Assembly: GCA_024679065.1 (NCBI GenBank)
Contig: JAGIQG010000048.1
Coordinates: 248,001-312,000 of the forward strand
Direction of reading: 5' to 3'
Origin: Sphyrna mokarran
Lineage: Eukaryota
Length of the DNA stretch: 64,000 nt
Below are positions 1 to 11,200 of the stretch, in pieces (the first letter of the stretch is position 1; each line of letters opens with the position of its first letter). A program made the position numbers and the translations under genes. The notes below the pieces were generated by a model, which made no database searches, had not been told where the DNA came from, and saw nothing but the letters and a program-made list of their open reading frames with translations.

Positions 1-795
1 TGGGAGACAGTGTTTGAGAGCAAGATTGTGCATGTGTGAGATAATGTTTAAGGGAGTGAGCATAAGAAAGAAATCTATCTTGAGAGAGAGAGAATGTATG
101 TGTTTGTATGAGAGAGCGAGCATGTGAATGAGAGAGAGAGGAAGTGAGAATACGGAAGGGGGAATGTGAAAGAGATAGTGTGTGTGTGTGTGAGAGAGAG
201 AGGGAGAATGCGTGCACGCATCTGCTTCTGTGAGAGACAGTGTCTGTGTTTAAGAGGGTGTGTTAGAGTGTGTTTGAGAGAGAGTGTTTGTAAGAGAGCC
301 AGTGTGCGAGGGCAAGAATGTGTGACAGAGTGGGTGCAAGAGAGATAAATTATATGCATGGGTGTTTGTGTGTGAAAGAGAGAGACATGTGTGTGCAAGA
401 GGAATTGTGAAAGAGCGTGTGAAAAAAATGAGAGACAGCTTGAACATAAATAAGAGAGTGTGGGAGAGAGAGAGCGAAAATGACTGTTTGTGTGAGAGTG
501 TGTCTGTGTGTAAGGCAGAACGCGTGTGGTTGTTTGTGCGTTTTGTGTGTGGAGCATAAGACGGTGAATGAGCAAGCGAGTCTAAGTATGTATTCAGATT
601 TGAGAGTGTGTAGAACGAGAGAGAGAGAGAGAGAGAATGTGTATAGTTGTGTGTGAGAGAGACAACAAGTGTGAGTATGTATGTGTGAGAGAATATGAGC
701 GTGTATATGTGGATATTTACGTGTGGGAGAGTGTGTAAATCTCTATCTGGCTGATTCAGTCTGGAAAAGCACCCTCACTACACACACACTCACCC
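1..795. repeat. Degenerate (GA)n/(GT)n low-complexity tract
   Basis: Interspersed GAGA and GTGT runs. The overlapping ORFs are repeat translations. Confidence 0.9.
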
Positions 796-1009
796 AGTAA
801 GTGGGGTTGTCAAGCGAGCACAGTATGGATTGCGGGGCAAGAGTTGGAAAAACATTTACCAGTCACGATTGAATACATTCCTCTCTTCTCAAGGGGATAA
901 ACTTGTAAAAATCCTCAAGAAATTTGACACAATCCAGGGTAAAGCCACCCACAAGTTTACCTGCTCCCCGCCCAGCCCTCATTCATCCTATTTGCTCTCT
1001 CCATCACTA

Positions 1010-1320
1010 ACAAGCAGGGTGTATTATACACAACATGCACTGCAGCAACTCACCAAGGCTCCATACAATACACTGTCTAAACCCGCTGCCTTTACACCCC
1101 AATAGGACCAGGGCAGCAGCTACATATGAACACTACTACCTGCAAACTCCCCTCCAAAACACACCATCCTGAGTTGGAACAAGATCTCAGTTCCTTCACA
1201 ATCGCTGGGGCAAAATCCTGGAACTTCCTGTCTAACAGCAGGGCGGATGCCTGCGACATATGGACTGCAGTTATTCAAGGATGCCCCACTTTGTGAAGGA
1301 AAAATTAGTGAAGGTAAAAA
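1010..1320 (+). mobile_element. Degenerate CR1/L2-clade LINE 3' remnant (related pieces at about 10480-10610+, 17830-18170+, 27930-28030-, and mirrors)
   Basis: Decayed ORF2 C-terminal motif (SFT.AG.KSWN.L) followed by a shared GCAGCAA..AAG..GGC.GCT..CCACCA 3' segment. Confidence 0.6.
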
Positions 1321-2533
1321 TTCTGGCCGAGCAAATGGCTCGAAAATGCCTTTAGAAGGTTAAAAATAAGATACAAATGAATTTGACCCTTCAACTATCC
1401 CTAAACAGTTCAGGGACTGCTGTAGTACAGAGCACAACATAGGAAATCTCACTTTCAACTTGGTCATCGAACATTCCCAAGGCTGGTACATCACTGCTTA
1501 AAAATCATCCAATTCTCCCTCTACAATCTGAAGTTTCTGCCCCTCTGACGATCACAATATGCTTCAGGGATCTAATTTCTGACTTGCCGAGTCTAGCAGG
1601 CACATTTCTCACAAATACAAGTCTATTGAAGAAATAAATAGAATTTCACTTCCTGAAATACAGCAGAAGGAACCAGAAGATTTTTTAACCAGACACATTC
1701 CTGGTCCCAACACAGTGACCCAAGCTCAGAGAAACAGAACAAACACCAACGGTTCAGAAAGATCTCTTCAATCTGTAAATTCCATTCAAACTGTTGGATT
1801 TGAATTGATCAATAGTCAACTTACAACAACTGAAAATCATGAACCTATTTTAAATTAAACTGATATTCATTTCAGAACTCCTCTCGACCTTTAATTATTT
1901 CTCTCTGCCTGTGTCACTTCTCAAACGTCATGTAAAAATGTAATTTTGCTGAAAATGAGCCAAAATAACAGATTCAACTCAGTTCAATGTCCCCCAACAC
2001 AGTAAGAATTAAACAAACTGGGAAACATTTACATTACATTAAGAAATTAGATCCAATCAACAAATTAATCAAGGCAAAACACTTCATCAAGCCGAGCACA
2101 GCCGAGTAAAGAAATGGTTTGTTTTTGAATTCATTTTGGTACAATTAAATATTCTCTAAAACTGATGATATTTTGCACGCTAGTGCAATATTCAAGGTCT
2201 TTTGTTTTGAATTAATCAGCATCAATATTACATTTTAAGTTATCATTAATTGTCAATTAGTTTTCCTGCCAGCTGTTTTGTACTCCGTAATAAAATGAGT
2301 TTTCAATCATTCAAAACCTGCTTCTGCCCCCAACATTGTTAAATAATTAGGTTACATTAAATCTCAATTTTCAACTATAATTTCAAATTACTGAATAGAA
2401 ACATTTACTTAAATCTAATCACATTGTAATATTACATTTACACTTTTCCTACATATGTCTTAAAGGTGTTAAAAACACATACTGAGTTTATATAGACTGT
2501 AACGGTCTGGCCGCTTGAAATCAATAATACTGC

Positions 2534-2618
2534 TTCCCAGATTTAATAATTTAGACCATCCATATAGTTCAGTTATAACTCAAGTTATATGGATGGTCTA
2601 AATTATTAAATCTAGGAA
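2534..2618. repeat. Perfect 28-bp inverted repeat (hairpin) with 19-nt loop
   Basis: AGATTTAATAATTTAGACCATCCATATA (2539-2566) pairs with 2586-2613. The stem extends 4 more bp past one mismatch. Confidence 0.95.
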
Positions 2619-5352
2619 CACATTAATTAAAGAGGATCTGAATTAAACATTGCAAACACAGAGAACAACTGATTCAAATCCTCTAATGCTAAAAACACGA
2701 TGCAGAATATAAGTCTGGACCTTTTTTCATTATAATATTTAATAAGAATTAAACATAAGCTTCAGTTAGTATGAATTCTTCCATTCTGTCATTTATTCTT
2801 GCTGTAATTCTATTCTGTGTTTAGCATTAATGGGAGACTTGTTAAGTGCAGAGCTAATATTATTTTTATGGTATTTATAATATCATACTATTTTTATATA
2901 AAATCATCTTCTTGAATTTCAACCATTTAATTGTCACTGTAGCCAGTTTCTGTTGACATTTTACTACAATTCAAACACAATCATGTAACAAATTTGCTTG
3001 TGTCAGCGAATTCCGTCTGTCAGAAAACTGTTCAGTCTGTCAATTTTTTATGAACTGTTTGATTCTACCTGATCAAAAGGTCAAATTGCAACAAAGAAAA
3101 AAATCATCAATAAACATTTTAAATTAACCCAATGTTCATTTTAAAATTCCCTTTGCCTTTTAACTCTCTCCCCGACTGTCTCAAATCCCAAAAACTGGGC
3201 AATTTTTTTCCTCTAAAATGAGCACTTCAAATATAATAGATTCAGGGTAGTGTAATGTCCCTAACAGAGATACAGTGAATTGTAATTCATGTTTTAGTTT
3301 AATATGTAAGCATCAGTTAACATGAATAAAATGCCCTAACATATTTATTTTCCAATACTTTTCTGCTTTTTCCCCTACAAGAATATTCAAACGCAATTTT
3401 ATTTTCATTTAGTCCGAAGTGCTCAGTGAGTTGATACAATGCAAAAACAGTTGAGGGACGCCAAACCAATTCACAAATTGAGATGAGATAAGTAATTAAT
3501 TATCTCGGTATCTAATTAAAAAATACCGAGAACGAATCGTCTGGCTGCAATTGCATAGAAAAAATTATAATCGGATACAAAATTTTCCAAAAAGGAAATT
3601 ATTCTGCAAAACTCGTATTCCAGTGAATGCGAATTTAATCTGGGATATAACCATTAATGCAAAGTATCTTGTTCAACTGAGCGCTGCTGTGAAAACAGCG
3701 TGTTATCATTCAAATAGCTTCTGGAATTGTCCCAAAATATTTCCTGTCTGGAAAATGTTCTGATCATGTTAATTGCATGAACACAGCAAAGCTATTAAAG
3801 GGGATTCTTGCTAAATCAATGTAAAATAATCTGTGATGAATATGGAGTTATATTACCAATTAATGATTCTCTGATTTATATTAATTTTACTATTAAACTT
3901 GTTAATGAAAAGTTGGTATTTGCAGCAACGATTTAGTCTCCGAATGAGCGAATAAGTCAGGATTTACTTGAATTTGTTAAAATTTATAAAAACGCTGTGA
4001 TATCTTCCAGGTTTTTTCCCCCAAACTTGCTTGTTTTCTCCCGACAGGGATTTTCAAACTCAGATTGTTTATGTTCAACCAGAAAACATCTAAGCTCTCA
4101 ACGGCACCGTTAAAACACTATTTAAACAACGCAGCAGCAATAGTGCCACAAAACTAAACCATTTCACACATTTTAAACATTCACAGTGACCCACCCACAG
4201 AATCTCCTCCACAGAAACACAACAAAACACAATGAATCCGTCTCATAGAAAAGCAGCTCAATTATCTATTCAACACAATCAAACGTAACATTGCAAAATA
4301 AAAATCTCAATATCGAATCTAGCAAACCAGCTCTTAATTATTAAATCAAACAGAAATCTGGAATAATAGCAATAGCATTGCGAGAATATACCCAACAAAT
4401 TAGTATGGAAATTTTATTCCTATTGGGTCATATTTCAAACATATTTAAACATTTGGATGGTAGAAGTTCCAGCCATCAAATGCCACCGAGATTAAACATT
4501 GCAGATACCCCAAACTGTGACAAACTATGTTCTGAACGAGTGGTGTAAGCCATTATCACTAAAGATTTTTAAAACTAGGCATACAATAAAGCCTGCTTCA
4601 TTTCTGTCTGCAGTTCTGCGTCAAGCAGTGGCAAACAGCAGTATGTTTGTACTCAATCACAAAACGTGTCACAATTCAGTCTCACTGAGTTCAAACGACG
4701 CAGAAACACCAAATTAAGTCACAATTTTTACGTATTTAAAGTCACTCAGGCACAAACTCACCACTGAGAGACTGAACCCCGCTTCATGCAGAAGCAGCAC
4801 AGTTCTGCAAACACTTCCAGCAGAAAGAAATGTAACATTTACAGAAATGTTTACTGTAAATTCCAGCCAATTCGCCCACCACCAAACTAATCAATGTTTC
4901 CAATAAGCAGAAATATTGGACAGCATTGAGAGAGAGGGGAACATTTTCACTGGATCAATTTAGAAATGAGATTTTGTTTTTCAGTTTAGGTTTAAATTTC
5001 AAACACTTGTACAACCCGTAGCCACCAGATGTCACCAAGATTAAACATTGCAGAAACGCTGAATTGTTTAACAGATATTCGGCTTGTAAAGTCACCCAGC
5101 CACACAGTAACCTCAACAGACAAACACAAAATCACAACAATTTGGGATTGAAGCCCTCAGCAGCACCCACTGTCAAGGAAGAGCGGAATTCTAAAACCCC
5201 TTTGCAGCAGAATCATAGAAAACATTGTAAAAATTCTCAACGGAGAATCCACCGAACGCATATTTATGTTACCAAATGGATTATTAGTACGGATAAAAAT
5301 TATAAAACAAAGACACATTTAAACCAGTTATTCAATAAGTGATGGTTCTTAC

Positions 5353-5400
5353 CTGAAGTCACCGTCACCATGGTCCCTTGTCCCCAGTAATCGAAGTAGT
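5353..5400 (-). CDS. IGHJ: IgH J segment YFDYWGQGTMVTVTS (23-RSS 5401-5439; donor GTAAG follows)
   Basis: WGQG motif. GGTTATTGT-23-CACTGTG upstream and G|GTAAG splice donor. Confidence 0.97.
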
Positions 5401-5792
5401 CACAGTGTCACATTCCCTGGGCTGTGTCATACAATAACCGTCTCTGCACTAAATAGACACGCAAGCACCATTATTTTAAATATCCACAAACCCAAGGAAA
5501 AACAAAGTCATTTAATGTTCAGTAAATTATAATTTGGGATTTCTGGATACCATCCGATATTTATAAATAACCCTAATGTTTTATATTTCAGAGTAATTCA
5601 TGAACGTGTTATCGAAAACACCAATTAATAATTGAGAAATTATCAAGATTTTCCATGTTTATTTTTCTCAGGTGGTCTGTGCTGGATATAAATAATACTG
5701 TCCTGTGATTAAAGCTGGAAATTAAAAGTGACACTGATCCAGCTTCAATCAATCAGTGCTGAGGGGTTTTTGTATTGACAGTAACTGCTGTG

Positions 5793-5805
5793 CTATACCA
5801 GCTAT
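5793..5805 (-). CDS. IGHD: IgH D2 segment ATAGCTGGTATAG (5' 12-RSS 5806-5833; 3' 12-RSS 5765-5792)
   Basis: AGTATTTGT-12-CACTGTG | D | CACAGCA-12-ACAAAAACC on the minus strand. Confidence 0.95.
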
Positions 5806-6162
5806 CACAGTGAGACACAGCATGACAAATACTGAGACAGACTGTTAACTGTAAAATGCAGATAATTAATTTCACTGCAATTTCAAAAGCCTGTTTCCAG
5901 CTCGGTAAGAGTGAGATATTTCAATTTTTACTGGTCATGATATTGATAAAGGGGAATTAGAAACTTTTACACTGTGCACATTCAGCGTGCAAAACAACAA
6001 CAACAATAAAATTGAAGCATTTTACATCTTAAAACAAAAAACAATGCTGTTTCTACCTATTATTTTGTTGAACCCTCATTTAGTCTGGCATTCGGCAGTG
6101 GCATTGTAAGCAATGTCCCTCTGAGGTTTTTGTATGAGGATGTCGTTTTTCACAGCACAGTG

Positions 6163-6178
6163 ACCCACTATATAGTAT
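6163..6178 (-). CDS. IGHD: IgH D1 segment ATACTATATAGTGGGT (5' 12-RSS 6179-6206; 3' 22-RSS 6125-6162)
   Basis: AGTTTTTGT-12-CACTGTG | D | CACTGTG-22-ACAAAAACC on the minus strand. The 12/22 pattern is typical of D1 in cluster-type IgH. Confidence 0.95.
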
Positions 6179-6532
6179 CACAGTGACACAAAGCCATACA
6201 AAAACTGCATTCAGTCCTACTGTTCAATATTCACTTCAAATGGACCATTAGTTTTGCTCTAATGCGAAATGTTTCTATAACACAGTCTGTCAGAAATATT
6301 AAGAAGACTAACATATTGGAGTGTCGTTCCTGCTGACACTCCAATGAATATAAAGTCGGTGAAAAGCTCACCAGGTATATCCGTGAGTTTGTGAAGTTTT
6401 ACTGTGAAATGCTTTGTGTTACTTTATTTAAAGGCGATTATAGTTTGGTTCTGACCACAGTCGATCATATTGCATTTGAAGCAGACGATGACCTTCAGGT
6501 TACGGAGGAAGATGCTGAATTCCCTCTGCAGT

Positions 6533-6571
6533 TGTCCTTGTACAGTTCCAGCCCTGGTTCCTCTCGCTGTG
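6533..6571 (-). promoter_or_regulatory. V recombination signal sequence (23-RSS), left cluster
   Basis: Heptamer CACAGCG, 23-nt spacer, nonamer ACAAGGACA immediately after the V exon. Confidence 0.92.
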
Positions 6572-7047
6572 GTCTCTTGCACAGTAATAGATGGCGGTGT
6601 CTTCAATCCTTAGACGCAACATCTCCAAAGAGAAGATGTTGTTTGAAGTGTCTTTGGACGCCGTAAATCGGCCCTCAATTCCGGGGGCGTAATCGTTGCT
6701 GGATGAACTATAGTAGCTAACCAGCCACTCCAGTCCCTGTCCGGGAACCTGCCGGATCCAAGCCATGTAATAGTCGCCAAGGTTAAAGCCGCTGGTTTTA
6801 CAGGTCAGTTTCAGGGATGCTCCGGGACGGACGGTCTCTGCCTCTTTCTGGGTCAACACAACCTCCGACTGGACACCTGTAAATAAAAAATCAAAAATTC
6901 TAAGGGTTAATCCTGGTGGAATGATTCTGGAGCATTCCAGAGATAGACTAACATTGAGACAGTAAAATGAGAGTCTTGGACAATGAAAATAAACCACTCA
7001 CCGGATAAGAAAGTCAGCAACAAACTGAGACAAATCGCCGACCTCAT
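6572..7047 (-). CDS. IGHV: Immunoglobulin heavy-chain V gene segment, IgM-type, germline (leader exon 7047-7002, intron 7001-6877, V exon 6876-6572)
   Basis: Leader [21 protein letters not shown] donor, TTTACAG acceptor. Then [101 protein letters not shown]. Canonical Cys/Trp/YYC, open frame, followed by an RSS. Frameworks resemble elasmobranch IgM VH. Confidence 0.97.
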
Positions 7048-7138
7048 CTTTCTGGTGATTTGGGGGAAATGGTTGTGTCAGGAACTCAGTGAACAAACCA
7101 GCTCCTGGGCTGTTGGATTGCGGTGCCGGTGAGCGGTA

Positions 7139-7146
7139 TTTAAATA
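7139..7146 (-). promoter_or_regulatory. TATA-like box of left VH promoter
   Basis: TATTTAAA about 90-100 nt upstream of the leader ATG, in a GC-rich context. Confidence 0.6.
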
Positions 7147-8053
7147 GCCGGTAGAAGGGGACGGCTTTCCGGGCACCGCCTGTTGATTCCCTGCTGGAGG
7201 CGGCGCCTGGATCCACCTTCCACACCCCCAGATAGAATGGACTTCCCAGATTGACAAGAATTCATACTCAAATGGACATTTGATCTGTGTCGGACTATTT
7301 GTTTGGCTGAATCTGTTCATGGATTATTCCTGATGGTGATATTACAATTCATCATTTATTTATTAAAATGACCAATTCCGTTGTAAATACGGTGATTTTA
7401 TTACCCCGCCCCCAACAAGAAAAAAAATCGAAAAATGATGGAATCACATTTGGGGAAATTAGACAATTTTGCAACAATTCCGTGCCTCTGCCACATTGGG
7501 ATAATAAAACACAATTTATCCGAAGAAATAGCGTCGATTTCTGGAACTAAATGTGGGGAATATACAAAGTGATTGTATTTCCAGTGTGGATTCAGGTTTG
7601 AAGATGAGAAACAGCTCACACAGTATTTTCCTTGTATTTTTTTTCAACCTGTCCCAATCTGGAAGACAGCCCTCTGAAAATAATATGAATTCCTGAGAAT
7701 TATATAATTAATTGACAGAGAAACATAACATTAAATTGATTTTTGACTGAGAAGTGAATGAATTGGAATGCACACGAAGATCATTAAAGTTCTCCTTCAG
7801 CATCCAAATCATTGCAGCTCATTCTATTGGCCACCGGCTGTCTAACATTCGCTGGTATCAGGAACACACATTGCACATTGCACAATGTCACAAGAATAAA
7901 TGTTTTATCTTCCATTCAAGCAGCTTATGAAATGATCATTTCTCCACTCATTGGCAACTACGAGAGGAACTCTTTAATAACAGAAATCAGCTTATACTGT
8001 ACAATAAAACACGGTGCAAATCAGCTACAAGAGATGCTGCTGTTTTAATAGGG

Positions 8054-8266
8054 GTCATGATGTAAAGATGCCGGCGTTGGATTGGGGTAGTAAGAACTCA
8101 GTAAGAATTTAGCAACACCAATTATTAATCCAACCGATTTATTTGATAGTAAATCCGCGAGTTTTCAACACTCGTGTGTCTTCCTCAGGCAAGTACAGTG
8201 TTCTGGATTTACTATCAAATAAATCAGTTGGATTAATAATTGGTGTTGCTAAATTCTTACTGAGTT
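8054..8266. mobile_element. Penelope-like element remnant with 62-bp inverted ends and 12-bp flanking direct repeat (mirror about 59498-59710)
   Basis: Arms 8095-8156 and 8205-8266 differ at 1 base. GTTTTAATAGGG occurs at 8042-8053 and 8264-8275. Sequence resembles the elasmobranch Penelope terminal repeat (CAGTAAGAA..CAACACCA..TCCAAC..TTTATTTG). Confidence 0.7.
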
Positions 8267-11200
8267 TTAATAGGGTGCAGAACTTTCACAATATTACAGG
8301 AATCGCCGTTGTTCATGTCAGTTTTATGTTGCTGGTTTAATATTTCAATTAACTGGGGAACTGTTACCATCAACATCTCTCTCTCTCTCATTTCATGATG
8401 TGGTTAATACACATTAATTAATAGAATGAAATTTACCTGGAAACTATACAATTGGAAAAAAAAGGTGACTTTATTGTTTTGTGATACTATTTACTCACAT
8501 AACGAACAGGGCATTGAATGAAAATACTTGATTAGAATGATTACCATTTTCTTGAGGGAATGAAACATTTATTATTAAAATGTCTGAATCCGGTTTTGTC
8601 CATTCAGGTTCACGCTAATCTGTGCCACGCAGTATTTGGCAGCACTCCAGGCTGCTGTCAGATACTCAGTTATTGACAGGAAGCATCTGGGCGGGTTTGT
8701 GCAGTAGATCAAAGATCTGTTTCCTCAGTACTGACCGCTTGGCTGCAAGTCAACTTGAAACTCTTCACGTTGTCAGTGTGGACTATTTATAAACAAATCT
8801 ACCCAGCAACAGTGCGGGGGGCACTTGAATTTTTGGAAGTTATAAATCGAGATGATGTGTTGCCATCTCTAAAGAAGGGATTAATATACACCTTCTTTGG
8901 CACCTTATTAATAACAGTGATGATTTATACATGAGGAGATTATGATGGACGGATAGAAAGAATCACAGGCAGATGGAAAAGTGGCTCACAGAGAGCTTAT
9001 ATGTTGTTATATTTGAACATGCACATTTATATTTTATTTCCTTTTATCTTTCCCTGGGATGTTTGGTTGGAAACACCGACACTTTTTGCCTTTCCCAAAT
9101 TCCCCTAAATTGATTGTTTTTCTGGGACACTTTCGAAGATATTAAAGAGTTAGCTATTTAATTCAATTCAATTTCTTCATTCAATTTTTGTCCGTCTAAT
9201 GCTTTCACTCCTTCCAGAGTGTCTGGGTGAAATCCATCCCGAGTTTCTCGGGAGTTTGCAAGCTGATCCTCGCGAAGAGAAGGAGGAGATGGTCCTGGGG
9301 TTCAGATGGTTCATTTCTCTGCTGATGTTGAATCTTCGTATCCAAGACAGGAAGAAGGAGCATCATGTAGTTGAGGAGGGATGATTGTACTGTACAAAAT
9401 ACTGACTCTTTCATCGAATCAATCAACATAGCCTCACCCAAATTAGTGAAGGCAACAGGGCGAAAAGTAAATATGGCAACAACAGAAATATTTGTGAAAC
9501 TCACTGGCCAACTACAGGTGTGACATTACTTCCCAAAACAGTGAAATAATGAATCGGAATTTAAAGATTCGGTAACTTCACATGAGGTACAGGTGACTCC
9601 ATTTATATCATCACTTTGAAACCCACCCAGCTTTGTATCAGGACTTTCTGTGTGATGATGAGGTGCTGACTTGTCAATGAAGTGCAGAGGCTGCTGGTTC
9701 ATTCTCCTCCATCTGAATTAATTCCATTCCCCACTGAATTCTGGGACGGATTTTATTCCTTGGTGGCAAAAAAGCCAATATATTGTCTATAAGTTTTAAT
9801 ACCAATAAATGATACGAAGCAAAGTGCAATTATACAGAAGGAAATACTGAAAATGAACAGAAAATACTGGATTATCTCAGTAACATCTGTGGAGGCAGAA
9901 CAGATCCTTTGTTTCAAATCTGGATGACGCTTCGGCAGAGAATTCCTGATGCTTTGGAGACATAATCATAGTGTCAGAAAAGCCAGATAAATTTCCTGTG
10001 AGATGGGAATAACAGAAATAGTAGATACTATTTCAGACAAACACAAGCTGCATCAATTCACAGAGTGATCCCAAATATCAGAACAAATTTCTTTATCCTA
10101 ACCTAATCAACAACTCAATCACGAACTATATCCTTAAAAAAATCCTAATCCCTATCCACTCACATCATTTCTCAATTTCATTACTCTCTTCAATTTCCTC
10201 CAAATAAAAAAAAATCTCACTGACTGGAAACTTTGTTTCTATTCTCTCTCCACAGATGCTATCAGACCCGTTGAGATTTTCCAACATTCATTATTTTTGT
10301 TTGAGTTTCCAGAATCTGCAGTATTTTGCTTTGATCAAACTGATGAACATAATTGGTGATCTAATTTTATGAATTGATGTTAACTGGAGAATTGGAACAA
10401 CCTCGCTTATAAATTCCTCTCCAAGATACTCACAAGCCCCACTTGGACCAATCCTTTCCTAACGCTGCCTCGGGATCTGGGGGGAATCCTCCCTAAGAGC
10501 ACTGTCGGTGTACCTACACTGCAGGTTCTGCAGCAATTGAATAAGGCGGCTCCCCACCAGCTTGCCGAATGCAGCTGGCAATGGGGAATAAGTGGGGGCC
10601 TCGACAACCTCGCCTTCCGACTTTAAAGTCATTTTAAATATACTCCTCTTTCTGTATGAATGAGAGCTGATGAATGAAATGATTAAATTGCAAACAGATT
10701 GTAATTGGTGAAAAGAATTACTCTCTTTCTGAACTTTATTTTGACATTCTCTTTATTTGCTCCAGGATCATTAATTACTCGGCGCTGTCTCAGTTCATGC
10801 TAAGAAGTTCCTATATCAGTAAAACTGTGTGTGTGAGACACTGTCTCAGTTTTATTTCCCTTGGCATTGTCATTTTTCAATATGTTTCATTCACGGGATC
10901 TGGGTGTCATTGGGATTTGACATTTGACCACCCCCCACTCGGCCCTAACTCACTTCTATTTTCTTGTATCAGGCCCCCGTTTATATTAAAATAAGTCTGG
11001 CTCTGTTAATACTCTGCTGGACCAGAGCTCAGTTTACATTGCACACGGCATTCTCTCTGGTTATGTATATTTGATACTGACCCTGTATTTCTCTCACTAG
11101 ACGGGGTCAATTTTGTTCCTGCACTTAACTACGCCTCTCTTTGAATTATGTTGGTTTTACTCCACTGTTTTGTGAGAAAAACAAATCATATGTTGGGATA

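Noticed and set aside
75-575. 166-aa and overlapping ORFs
   Set aside because: Translations of GA/GT low-complexity sequence.
1-5340. IgH constant-region exons
   Set aside because: No Ig C-domain Cys/Trp pattern was found in any frame. C exons presumably lie outside the window, so the isotype is inferred from V and the D arrangement only.
6500-6997. 165-aa ORF as a single-exon gene
   Set aside because: It reads through the leader intron and the RSS. The real structure is a spliced leader plus V exon ending at the heptamer.
5353-7047. IgNAR, germline-joined VDJ or TCR identity
   Set aside because: V has a full FR2/CDR2, there are two Ds, J has WGQG, and all segments are separated by intact RSSs.
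9199-9504. ORFs conserved in both arms (61 and 99 aa) and the many similar mirrored ORFs
   Set aside because: Conservation reflects the recent duplication only; no recognisable domains.
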